From contig CAVSYB010000006.1 in assembly GCA_963732155.1 (NCBI GenBank), positions 400,296 through 464,295 on the forward strand: a stretch of 64,000 nt of DNA, written 5' to 3'. Positions 15,205-23,878 of the stretch are shown piece after piece (position 1 is the stretch's first letter; the number at the start of each line of letters is the position of its first letter). The notes beneath the pieces are model-generated. The model had not been told where the DNA came from and searched no databases. It was given only the letters and a program-made list of their open reading frames with translations. The DNA comes from an uncultured Alphaproteobacteria bacterium (lineage in GTDB: Bacteria > Pseudomonadota > Alphaproteobacteria > Rhizobiales > Beijerinckiaceae). Made by a program: the position numbers and the translations under genes.

Positions 15205-16686
15205 TCAGGCCGCCTCGATCAGCCCGGCCGCCTCGTCGGGCGGCGGCTCGTCGGGCGAGGCGGCGGCCTCATCGGCGGGCGGTTCGTCGGGCGGGGCGGC
15301 GGCCTCGTCGGCGGGCGGCTCGGCCGGTAACGCGGCGACCTCGTCGGCCGGCAGCTCGACCGGCGGCGCGGCGACCTCATCGGCCAGCAACTCGACCGGC
15401 GGCGCGGCGGCCTCGGCGGGCGCGTCCATGGCGAGCAGCAGCGGCGCGCCCGGACCTTCCAGCGCGCCGGGTTCGAGGCGGATCAGCACCGGCGGCGCTG
15501 CGGGCGCGGCCGTCGCCTGCGCCGCAAAGGCGCGCGCCTGCTGGCGCGCCGCCTCGGCCTCGAAGCGGCGCAGCAGCGCCATCAGGCGGTCGAGGTCGGC
15601 CGACTTGAGCTTCTCGCAGGCCGCGATCACCCGCTGGATCAGCTCGCAGGAAAGCTCGCCGTTGGCCGCGGCGCCCGCTTCCTCGATCGCCACCAGCGCG
15701 GCGCGAAACACCGGCAGGAAATGGGCGGGCAGTCCGGCTTTGGCGTAAAGCGCTGAAAAACCGGCGCTTTGCGGCTCGCCGACAAAGCCGGCGACGCGGC
15801 CCGGCGGCAGTTCCGAAAGCTCGCCAAGCGCGTGTTCGAACAGGCCGCGCTCGCCCGACAGCAGGCCGCGCAGCAGCAGCGCGATGGTCAGCGCGCCGCG
15901 CTCGCGCAAGTGCCGCGCCAGCGCGGCCATTTCCCCGGGCCGGCTCGTGTTCGCCACGCAGATCGCGCCCTGCTCGCTCGCCTCGCGCGCCACCCGCCGG
16001 GCGCGCTCGGCCCCCAGCCAGTCGCAGGCGGCGACGAAATCGGACAGCGCGTTGGCGGTCAGGGCGACGAGATCGCAGCGCAGCGTCGAGGGCAGCCACG
16101 GGCGGGCCAGCAGCGCCTCGCGCGCTTCGGCGTCCTCGCCGAAACGCCCGGCGATGCGGCGCATCACCATCGGGCTGAGGTTGGCGTCGAGATTGCGCGC
16201 GAGCGCGATCACCGCCTCCCGCTCGCCGACTTCCGCCAGCGCCATCGCCACGCCGACGCTGAGCCGCGGCCGGCGCGCCAGCGCCGCCTGGGCGCGCCCG
16301 TCGCCGATCGCCGCGCAATCGACGAGCTCGGCGTCGGTCAGAACCGGCGAGCGGGCCAGCACGACGCAGGACACCTCGGACTGGTCGCAGGCGAGCGCCA
16401 GAATGACGTGATGGGGGGCCTCGTGGGCGCCCGCCAGGGCCTCGGCGAGCGCGCGGCGCACCAGCGCGCAGGGGTCGTCGAGCAACAGGGTCAGGCCCAT
16501 TTCCGCCTCGTGCCGCAGCCCCCCGTCGAGGTCGGAATAGAGATAGGCGCGCGCCAGGGCGCTCGCCGCCTCGGCCCTTCCGCCGGCGTCCGCCCGTCGC
16601 GTCCAGGCGAGGAAGCGTCGCACGATGTTCGGCTCTTCCGCGCCTGGCGAAGCCGATTGCTCAACCGCGCGAACCATCATATTCAC
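15205..16686 (-). CDS. DUF2336 domain protein with an acidic Pro/Ala/Asp/Glu repeat tail
   Basis: 493-aa ORF with HEAT-like helical repeats (ALARAYLYS..., LARSPVLTDAELV...) as in DUF2336. C-terminal tail PPVELLADEVAAPPVELPADEVAALPAEPPADEAAAPPDEPPADEAAASPDEPPPDEAAG. Confidence 0.75.
   Translation of the reverse strand: MNMMVRAVEQSASPGAEEPNIVRRFLAWTRRADAGGRAEAASALARAYLYSDLDGGLRHEAEMGLTLLLDDPCALVRRALAEALAGAHEAPHHVILALACDQSEVSCVVLARSPVLTDAELVDCAAIGDGRAQAALARRPRLSVGVAMALAEVGEREAVIALARNLDANLSPMVMRRIAGRFGEDAEAREALLARPWLPSTLRCDLVALTANALSDFVAACDWLGAERARRVAREASEQGAICVANTSRPGEMAALARHLRERGALTIALLLRGLLSGERGLFEHALGELSELPPGRVAGFVGEPQSAGFSALYAKAGLPAHFLPVFRAALVAIEEAGAAANGELSCELIQRVIAACEKLKSADLDRLMALLRRFEAEAARQQARAFAAQATAAPAAPPVLIRLEPGALEGPGAPLLLAMDAPAEAAAPPVELLADEVAAPPVELPADEVAALPAEPPADEAAAPPDEPPADEAAASPDEPPPDEAAGLIEAA
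15215..15420. repeat. Imperfect tandem DNA repeats encoding the PPADEAAA-type tail
   Basis: Repeated ggcggcctc(g/a)tcggcgggcgg(c/t)tcg units are visible on the + strand. Confidence 0.6.
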
Positions 16687-16826
16687 TGCGCACCCCGCGC
16701 GTCGCGACGGAAATTCTAACAGCCCAGCTTGCGGCCATATGGTAAACGAGCGCTTAAGGGCTTGCGGCGGCGAGCCGGTCGGAGTGCGAAAATGGTCGAT
16801 TCGGCGCCCCCCACCCGCGCGGCGGC

Positions 16827-17291
16827 TTGTATTTCGAGGATTTCGCGGTCGGCCAGGTTTTCGCGCACCGGCTGACGCGGACCGTCACGCAAATGGACAA
16901 TATGCTGTTCTCGAACATGACGCTTAACCCGCAACCCCTTCATATCGATGCTCATTTCTGTGCAACGGAGACCGAATGGGGTCGACCGTTGATGAATTCG
17001 CTGTTCACGCTCGGCCTGATGATCGGAATTTCGGTCAATGACACGACCCTGGGGACGACGATCGCCAACCTCGGCATGACCGACGTGCGCTTCCCCGCCC
17101 CGCTGTTCGAGGGCGACACCTTGCGCGCGGCGACCGAGGTTGTTTCGCTGCGGGAATCGGCCTCGCGCGCCGACGCCGGACTCGTCGAATTCCGCCATCG
17201 CGCTTTCAAGCAGGACGGCGTGATGGTCGCCGAATGCCGCCGCACCGCCTTCATGCGCCGCCGACCGGCCGCGACGACCTTGAAAGCCTAG
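16827..17291 (+). CDS. MaoC-family (R-specific) enoyl-CoA hydratase/dehydratase
   Basis: YFEDFAVGQVF...RTVTQMDNMLFSNMTLNPQPLHIDAHF...ANLGMTDVRFPAPLFEGDTLR is the hot-dog fold MaoC signature. The TTG start is the first start after the in-frame stop at 16755. Confidence 0.8.
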   Translation: MYFEDFAVGQVFAHRLTRTVTQMDNMLFSNMTLNPQPLHIDAHFCATETEWGRPLMNSLFTLGLMIGISVNDTTLGTTIANLGMTDVRFPAPLFEGDTLRAATEVVSLRESASRADAGLVEFRHRAFKQDGVMVAECRRTAFMRRRPAATTLKA

Positions 17292-17294
17292 CCG

Positions 17295-18170
17295 ATGCGC
17301 TCGGCCCTGTTCGTTCCCGCCGACGACGAGAGAAAACTCGCCAAGGCGCTGCTGAGCGGCGCCGACGCGTTGATCGTCGATCTCGAAGATTCCGTTGCGC
17401 ATGACGCCAAGGAGCGCGCGCGCCGTATCGCCGCCGACTTCCTGCGCGCCGCTGCGCAGGGCGCGCGGCCTCGCCTTTTTGTGCGCGTCAACCCGCTCGA
17501 CGGCGGCCTCACCGACGACGATCTCGACGCGGTGATGCCGGCGGCGCCCGACGGCGTCATGCTGCCCAAGAGCCTTGACGGGGCGAGCGTGCAGCAACTC
17601 GGCGTCAAACTCGCCGTGCGCGAGGCCCTGGCCGGGCTCGCCGACGGCGTCACGCGCGTCGTCGCGATCGCGACGGAAAGCGCGCGCGCGGTGTTCGGAT
17701 TGGCGAGCTACCGGGGTTGCAGCCCGCGGCTTGAAGGCCTCGCCTGGGGCGGCGAGGACTTGTCGGCCGACCTCGGCGCTGAAAGCAACCGCGGCCTCGA
17801 TGGCGCCTATGCGGATCCCTATCGCCTGGCGCGCAGCCTGACGCTCCTGGGCGCCACGGCGGCCGACGTCGCGCCGATCGACGCGGTGTATACGAATTTT
17901 CGCGATTCCGAGGGCCTGCGCGTCGAGGCGATCGCGGCGCGGCGCGACGGATTCTGGGGCAAAATGGCGATCCATCCCGCGCAAATACCGATCATCAATG
18001 AGGTCTTCACCCCGACGCCGGAGTCCGTCGTTCGGGCTCGCGCGATCATCGCCGCCTTTGACGCCTCGCCTGGCTCCGGCGTCGTGGCGCTCGACGGCGA
18101 AATGTTGGACCGGCCGCATCGCTTGCGCGCCGAGCGAATCCTGGCGCGGATCGGGCCGCGCTCCGTCTGA
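17295..18170 (+). CDS. CoA ester lyase, HpcH/HpaI aldolase / citrate lyase beta (CitE)-like
   Basis: MRSALFVPADDERKLAKALLSGADALIVDLEDSVA...WGGEDLSADLG...MAIHPAQIPIINEVFTP. Confidence 0.8.
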   Translation: MRSALFVPADDERKLAKALLSGADALIVDLEDSVAHDAKERARRIAADFLRAAAQGARPRLFVRVNPLDGGLTDDDLDAVMPAAPDGVMLPKSLDGASVQQLGVKLAVREALAGLADGVTRVVAIATESARAVFGLASYRGCSPRLEGLAWGGEDLSADLGAESNRGLDGAYADPYRLARSLTLLGATAADVAPIDAVYTNFRDSEGLRVEAIAARRDGFWGKMAIHPAQIPIINEVFTPTPESVVRARAIIAAFDASPGSGVVALDGEMLDRPHRLRAERILARIGPRSV

Positions 18171-18225
18171 GCAAAACCCGGACGACTGATCGGCCGCGCC
18201 TGTGACATCGACCGGACGCCCGGCA

Positions 18226-18573
18226 TCAATCCCAGGTCAGGCCGTCATCGTGAAGATAGATGTTGTTGACCTTGCAATAATCGACCGGCGCGTCGAATAA
18301 GGCGCCGTCGGCAAATTGGATTTGGGTGCGGATGGCGCAGTCGCCCGCGGTCGGTTCGAAGTCCATGTTGAACCTGTCGCCGGGCTCCATGCTTTCGGCG
18401 ATCCAGTTCGTGCTCCACTTGCCGTCCTCTTGCGTCCTGAACTCCAGCGCCGCTTTATTCGATTGGTTGACGACGTTGAATTTCCAGCGCTTTCCCGCGA
18501 GAGCTTGCGAATCCGCCGTCGCAAACAAGGCGGCGGTGGCGATCAGCCAGAAGGTCAGCCTGCCAGACTTCAT
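18226..18573 (-). CDS. Small secreted hypothetical protein (115 aa)
   Basis: Signal peptide MKSGRLTFWLIATAALFATADSQALA. No recognised family. Confidence 0.55.
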   Translation of the reverse strand: MKSGRLTFWLIATAALFATADSQALAGKRWKFNVVNQSNKAALEFRTQEDGKWSTNWIAESMEPGDRFNMDFEPTAGDCAIRTQIQFADGALFDAPVDYCKVNNIYLHDDGLTWD

Positions 18574-18726
18574 GTCTCTTCCCCCTGCTTCGGCGCCGCG
18601 CTCTCCGGAAGCCTCGAGGGCGAAGCGCGCAGCCGCGCCGCTGATGGTCCATCACAATTGAGACCCCGGCGGCGTTTCTGGCGAGCAGTCCCTGTCGCCG
18701 CAACGGTCGGTCCATTGAAACCTTCG

Positions 18727-19341
18727 CTAGTCGCCGCCTCCGGACGGGCGCGCCAAAGTGAACAGCTTGTCGACCACGGCGTAGTCCTGATAGCCGCAGC
18801 GGGCGAGCGACCGAGCCGCGGCGGCATCGAAGACGCCGTCGCGAATGAATCGATCGTCGATATGAAAGGCGACGACCTCGCCCAGCACTAAATAATTGTC
18901 GATCAATTGGTTCCGGCTGTTCTTCAATGCGACGATTTCGATCACTTTGCATTCCATTGCGGCGTGGCTTTCGGCGACGCGAGGCGCGTTCACCAGCCGG
19001 CACGCGGCCATGGTCAGGCCGCTATGGACGAATTCGCTTTGCCCGCGCGGCAGCGGGGCCGAGGTCTGGCTGACCTGACGCCACAAGTCCATGGTGGCGA
19101 GATTGACCACGAATTCAGCGCTGTCGCGCGCGAACGCCGCGGAATCCTTGGCCCCCTCGCTGGAGAATCCGACGATCGGCGGGGCAGAGGCGAAGGCGTT
19201 GAAGAAACTGTAGGGCGCCAAATTGATCAGGCCGTCCTTGCTGCGCGTCGAAATCCATCCGATCGGCCGCGGGGCGACGATCGCTTTGAATGGATCGCGC
19301 GGCAACAAGCGTTTATCGCGCTGCCCGGTCTCATAGAACAA
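18727..19341 (-). CDS. Flavin reductase family protein (FMN-binding split barrel)
   Basis: FKAIVAPRPIGWISTRSKDGLINLAPYSFFNAF...VVNLAT...ECKV is typical of Flavin_Reduct. Confidence 0.8.
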   Translation of the reverse strand: MFYETGQRDKRLLPRDPFKAIVAPRPIGWISTRSKDGLINLAPYSFFNAFASAPPIVGFSSEGAKDSAAFARDSAEFVVNLATMDLWRQVSQTSAPLPRGQSEFVHSGLTMAACRLVNAPRVAESHAAMECKVIEIVALKNSRNQLIDNYLVLGEVVAFHIDDRFIRDGVFDAAAARSLARCGYQDYAVVDKLFTLARPSGGGD

Positions 19342-19371
19342 GAAGCTCTCCCGAAGCTTGGGGCGGGCGGG

Positions 19372-19941
19372 TCAAGCCGGAAACCAGGAGACGACATCGG
19401 CGAGCGCGGGACGCCGGCGATCCTCGCTGGCCATGTTCGGCCGTCCAATGTGCACGAATCCCGCAATTTTTTCATCGTCCCGGAGCCCGATGGCGCCACA
19501 AAACCGGCGGTCGTAGGCGCACCACTCCGTCACCCAGGCCGCGACATAGCCCATCGCATTGGCAGCGATCACAAGGCTCATGCAGGCGGCTCCGGCCGAC
19601 AGGATTTGCTCCCATTCGGGAATCTTGACATGCGGGCCGGCGCGCGAAATCACGCCGATCACCAGCGGCGCGCGAGAAAACCGCGTCAACTCGGCTTCCC
19701 GGCGGGAGGCGCCCATCGCCGCATCATCGGCCGCCAGTATTTTTTCGGCGATTGCGCCTGCCCTGCGGCGGGCCGCCCCTTCGAATACGAGGAAGCGCCA
19801 CGGCGTGAGCTTGCCGTGGTCGGGAACGCGAGAGGCGATCGTGAGCAAGGTCTCGATCTCCTGCGCCCCCGGTCCCGGACCTGTCATACCTTGCGGCGGC
19901 AGCGAGCGGCGATGGCGCAATAATTCGATTGTCTCGTTCAT
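19372..19941 (-). CDS. Nitroreductase family protein
   Basis: Internal ATG at 19941: MNETIELLRHRRSLPP...ASRVPDHGKLTPWRFLVF...LSAGAACMSLVIAANAMGY. The upstream 74 codons of the track ORF are rejected. Confidence 0.8.
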   Translation of the reverse strand: MNETIELLRHRRSLPPQGMTGPGPGAQEIETLLTIASRVPDHGKLTPWRFLVFEGAARRRAGAIAEKILAADDAAMGASRREAELTRFSRAPLVIGVISRAGPHVKIPEWEQILSAGAACMSLVIAANAMGYVAAWVTEWCAYDRRFCGAIGLRDDEKIAGFVHIGRPNMASEDRRRPALADVVSWFPA

Positions 19942-20157
19942 GAAGGTCCCGCTTTTTGGGGCGACGCCACAGGCGAGGCCCGCTGGATAGTCCTCGAAGC
20001 CGTTCCTTGACGGGTTTGGCCGCTGCTGTAAACCGCCATCAAACCGCCCGTTTCTCGCGCAAGGACGCGCTCGCGCCAAACAACGCCGCCAAAAACGAAG
20101 GCGCCGACAGGTCAGGCCGTGGACGGACGCGCGGGATCTCGCCAAGGCGAGGAGATT

Positions 20158-21084
20158 ATGCAAGCTTATGTGCGGCGCCTCTTCGCCGCTTTCTTGTTGT
20201 CTTCCCTTCTGGTCGTGCGGGCGATTGCCCCGGCGATCGCCCAGGACGCGGCCGGCGAGTCCGGCAAGGCGAATTTACACCTTTCGGCCGTTCTGGGCGA
20301 TGCGAGCACGCCGTTGCGGGCCGGCCTGCACTGGCGGCTGTTCAACGTGCGCGCCGACGCCGACGGATCGCACGCGCTTGTCGCCGAATCCGGCGCCGCC
20401 CAGCCCAATCTGGTTGTGGCGCCCGGCGACTATGTCCTTCACGTCGCGTTCGGACTGGCGAGCGCGACGAAACGGATCAGCGTCGGCTCGGAGGAGCAAG
20501 GCGAGCGAGTGACGCTCAATGCGGGCGCGCTGAGGATTGTCGGCACGAGGGGCGATGAGCCTATCGACGCGAACCGATTGTCACTCGCCATCTATGTCCC
20601 AGAGCGCAACAACCCGGAAGCCAAGCTGGTCTATTCCAGGGCGAGAGCGGGCGATATCCTCGGTCTGCCGGAGGGCTCTTATCATATCGTTTCGACCTAT
20701 CTTGATTCGGTTGGCGTCGGCTCCCTCGGGCTGGGCAAGACAGGCGGCGGCGCGCCGAACAATGCCGTGGCGACCAATTCGATCATCGCGGCGGACATCA
20801 AGGTGCCTTCGGGCAAGGTCCTCGACGTGAACTTGCGTCACCGCTACGCAACGTTGACGCTGAAGCTCGTGAATGCTCCCGGGGCCGAAGCGCTGGCGAA
20901 CACCAGTTTCACAGTCCTGACGCCGGGGGGCGACCTCATTCGCGAACTGATCGGCGCCTTCCCCTCGCTCGTGCTCGCCGAGGGTGAATATATCGTCATC
21001 GCGCGCCACGACTCGAAGACCTATCAATCGACGTTCCAGGTGCAATCCGCCCTAGACCATGACGTCGAAGTCATTGCACAATAA
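20158..21084 (+). CDS. Secreted hypothetical protein (about 308 aa)
   Basis: ATG at 20158 preceded by GGAG. Signal peptide MQAYVRRLFAAFLLSSLLVVRAIAPAIAQD. Beta-rich, no named family. Confidence 0.6.
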   Translation: MQAYVRRLFAAFLLSSLLVVRAIAPAIAQDAAGESGKANLHLSAVLGDASTPLRAGLHWRLFNVRADADGSHALVAESGAAQPNLVVAPGDYVLHVAFGLASATKRISVGSEEQGERVTLNAGALRIVGTRGDEPIDANRLSLAIYVPERNNPEAKLVYSRARAGDILGLPEGSYHIVSTYLDSVGVGSLGLGKTGGGAPNNAVATNSIIAADIKVPSGKVLDVNLRHRYATLTLKLVNAPGAEALANTSFTVLTPGGDLIRELIGAFPSLVLAEGEYIVIARHDSKTYQSTFQVQSALDHDVEVIAQ

Positions 21085-21217
21085 CGCGCTCGTTTTCGCC
21101 CTCAGGCTGGGGCGGGCGCACTTCCGGGCGCAAAAATCCGCGGTGGCGGCGCACCGCGAACGTTAGAGAGCGCCAGGGGCGGGCCCGCCCGTGGCTGGCG
21201 AAAGGAATTCGGCTTTC

Positions 21218-21454
21218 ATGCAGACTTTCTTCGTGGAGATCAAATGCTCGCTCGGCCGGACCTATGAGGTTGCGAGCGCGCTCGCGGAGGCTGAGATCGC
21301 GTCCGAAATCTATTCGATCGCCGGCGACTTCGATATTCTCGCCAAGTTCTATGTCGAGCGAGACGTCGACATCGGTCATTTCGTCGGCCAGAAGGTGCAG
21401 ACCATTCCCGGCATCGTCGACACCCGCACGATCATCACTTTCAAGGCGTTCTGA
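21218..21454 (+). CDS. Stand-alone Lrp/AsnC ligand-binding (RAM) domain protein (78 aa)
   Basis: MQTFFVEIKC...EIASEIYSIAGDFDILAKFYV...IPGIVDTRTIITFKAF. Confidence 0.7.
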   Translation: MQTFFVEIKCSLGRTYEVASALAEAEIASEIYSIAGDFDILAKFYVERDVDIGHFVGQKVQTIPGIVDTRTIITFKAF

Positions 21455-21540
21455 ACATGCGGGGTTTTCGGCCGCGACGAAGCCCCATCGGGCCGCTCGC
21501 CGCAAAAACGTGCTCTCGCCGACATTTCGAAAGGCTTGAT

Positions 21541-21942
21541 GTGCGAGTCGTTGCGCTCCTCGCTTTCGCCTTGATCGCCGACGCCGCCGGCGCGCAAGAC
21601 GGGCCCTACCTGTTCGATGTTCTCCTGAAACCCGCCTATCGCAGCGGCTGGCGAAAATTAGTGAAAGAGGTGGAGCCGACGCCTGACTGGCTGGCGCAGT
21701 TCGCAAGGAATTTCGACGGCGTCGCCGGCCCCATGAAGCCGGCGACGATCGATGGAAGGGCCTACGAGCTTTATTTCGTCTGCAAGCCGCACGATTGCGC
21801 CGCCAAGAAGTTCGAAGTGATGTTCGACGCTGGTTCGAAGCGCGCTTTTGGCGCGCTCGGCGGCGATGGCGCGCCGCCGGCTTTCTATGGCGACCCGACG
21901 CCCGCAATGCAGGACATTCTGACCAAGGCGCTGAAAGGCTAG
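21541..21942 (+). CDS. Ivy-family (inhibitor of vertebrate C-type lysozyme)-like periplasmic protein
   Basis: Contains the CKPHDC loop motif characteristic of Ivy. The GTG at 21541 gives the signal peptide MRVVALLAFALIADAAGAQD. The start is uncertain (the track ORF begins at 21457). Confidence 0.65.
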   Translation: MRVVALLAFALIADAAGAQDGPYLFDVLLKPAYRSGWRKLVKEVEPTPDWLAQFARNFDGVAGPMKPATIDGRAYELYFVCKPHDCAAKKFEVMFDAGSKRAFGALGGDGAPPAFYGDPTPAMQDILTKALKG

Positions 21943-22049
21943 GCGCGGCCATTCAATCGCGCCTTCCTTTGGCGGCGTCGACGAGGCGCGCTTGAATTCG
22001 CCGGCTCGACCTCTTAATGCTGCCCCGTTTCGGCGCGCGAGGGCGTTCG

Positions 22050-23078
22050 ATGGTCAGACCGTTGATACTCGTCGACCCCCACCCTCGCGAACTCGACGAG
22101 ATTTTCGACGCGCCGATGCGCGCCCGCTTCGACCGGCTGGGCGAAATCGTCGCCTATGGCGGCCCCGGCCAGGCGCCCGCCGATCTGATCGAGCGGCATT
22201 TGCCCGACGCAGCGCTGCTGATCGGCCAGACGGACATGCCCAAGGAGCGGCTCGACCGCGCCGGGAAGCTGCGCGCGATCATCAATGTCGAGACCAATTT
22301 TCTGCCCAACGTCGACTATGAAACCTGCTTCCGGCGCGGCGTTCACGTGCTGGCGCCGGGTTCGGCTTTTGCGCGCCCGGTCGCCGAAATGGCGCTTGGC
22401 ATGGCGATCGATTTGTGTCGCGGCGTCACCGCCGCCGACCGGGCCTTCCGGGCGGGCGGCGAAAAGTGGCTGCTCGACGGCGCCGAGGGATGTTTTTCGC
22501 TCTACGGCAGCGCCGTCGGCCTGATCGGGTTCGGCGATCTCGCGCGGGCGTTCCTGCCGCTCACCAGACCCTTCGGCTGCCCGGTCAAGGCCTATGATCC
22601 CTGGGTGTCGGACCATTTCATGGAGGGATTTGGCGTCACCGCCGCCTCGCTCGAGGACGTGCTGTCGACCTCGCGCGTCATCGCCGTTTTTGCAGGCGTC
22701 ACCAGCGAGAATCAGGGGTTCCTCGGCCGTCGCGAGTTCGAGCTGATCACGCCCGGATCGGTCGTGCTGCTGATGAGCCGGGCGGCCGTCGTCGACTTTC
22801 CCGAGTTCCTGCGGCAGATCGAAAGCGGGCGCTTTCGCGCCGCCAGCGACGTCTTTCCGATCGAGCCCGCGCCGGCCAGCGATCCCGCGCGCCGAGTGGA
22901 AGGCCTGCTGTTGTCTCCCCACCGCGCGGGCGCCCTGCGCGATTCGCTGTTCGAGATCGGACGACAGACCGTCGCCGACGCCGAACTGATCCTGCGCGGC
23001 CTGCCGCCGCTGTCGTGCCGGCGCGCCCAGCCGGAGACGGTCGGACGCTCGCGCAGCAAGCCGATCGAAAAAAGCTGA
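22050..23078 (+). CDS. D-isomer-specific 2-hydroxyacid dehydrogenase family (NAD-binding)
   Basis: SAVGLIGFGDLARAF (Rossmann fold), DVF..EP...LLLSPHRAG. ATG at 22050 with GAGGG upstream. Confidence 0.8.
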   Translation: MVRPLILVDPHPRELDEIFDAPMRARFDRLGEIVAYGGPGQAPADLIERHLPDAALLIGQTDMPKERLDRAGKLRAIINVETNFLPNVDYETCFRRGVHVLAPGSAFARPVAEMALGMAIDLCRGVTAADRAFRAGGEKWLLDGAEGCFSLYGSAVGLIGFGDLARAFLPLTRPFGCPVKAYDPWVSDHFMEGFGVTAASLEDVLSTSRVIAVFAGVTSENQGFLGRREFELITPGSVVLLMSRAAVVDFPEFLRQIESGRFRAASDVFPIEPAPASDPARRVEGLLLSPHRAGALRDSLFEIGRQTVADAELILRGLPPLSCRRAQPETVGRSRSKPIEKS

Positions 23079-23210
23079 GGCGCGATGCTCCGGTGGGCGT
23101 TCAGCCGCGCTTCACGGCTGGCCGATCAAATCCTTGCAAAACCCTTGGATGACGCGTGTTTGACGCGATTCGGCGCAAGGGGGCAGGAAATTTCCCTTTG
23201 TTTTCAGTAC

Positions 23211-23304
23211 GCGAAAATTTGGATTTCCAAATTTTTCCAAAACTATTCTTGGGCGGATCCAGGAATTCCAAAGGCTTATGGGTGAAAAAATTTGGAAATC
23301 GCGT
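23211..23304 (+). repeat. AT-rich palindrome-containing element, copy B
   Basis: Inverted copy of 14941-15034. Palindrome AAAATTTGGA-TT-TCCAAATTTT at 23214-23235 and a third 10-mer at 23287-23296. It sits in a ~370-bp AT-rich stretch. Confidence 0.75.
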
Positions 23305-23878
23305 TTTTTTTGATTTTTCGAACCGAATCTCCTGAGAACGAATGTGAAAACATGATCGCTGGCCAACCTCGATTTTTGCCAATATCGAAATAGACCAAGG
23401 AAAAATCCTATCATGATTCAAGATTTTCAGCAACAAATCGCCGCGGTTGGCAGTCGGTCAGTTTTCCGCTCCTAACCAACGCGCGCCACGCCGCTGGCGC
23501 GGCAGGAATGGGCCGCTCACGGCAGCCCAAACGCGGCGGCCGCGCCCTCGACAACGGACTTGCGTCTCTGCGCCTTTCCCGGCGGCTTGGGCGGGAAGCA
23601 GACCTTGGTTCCGCCAATGGCGGCGATGGCTGTGTTGCCGGCGGCCGAAACGATCCGGTCTTAGCTCAGTTCGCCCGCCTCGGCAGGAATCCGGGGGCGA
23701 AAAAGCGAGGCCGAAGCCTCGGGAAAAGGGATTTCGTATGGCGCCATCAACCGCAATCCGGCATCGTCAGCTTGAATAGCGCCGGCGCCAACCTTGGCCA
23801 GGGTCCAAACGAAAATTTCATCGAGATGGCGCATTCGTCTTGCTTCTTTGCTTGATCTTCAACCTCGAGCCCCGGGCC

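Noticed and set aside
23085-23436. ORFs of 66-111 aa in the AT-rich intergenic region, on both strands
   Set aside because: The homologous element at 14941-15034 does not conserve any of these reading frames, and the products are low-complexity K/F/I-rich.
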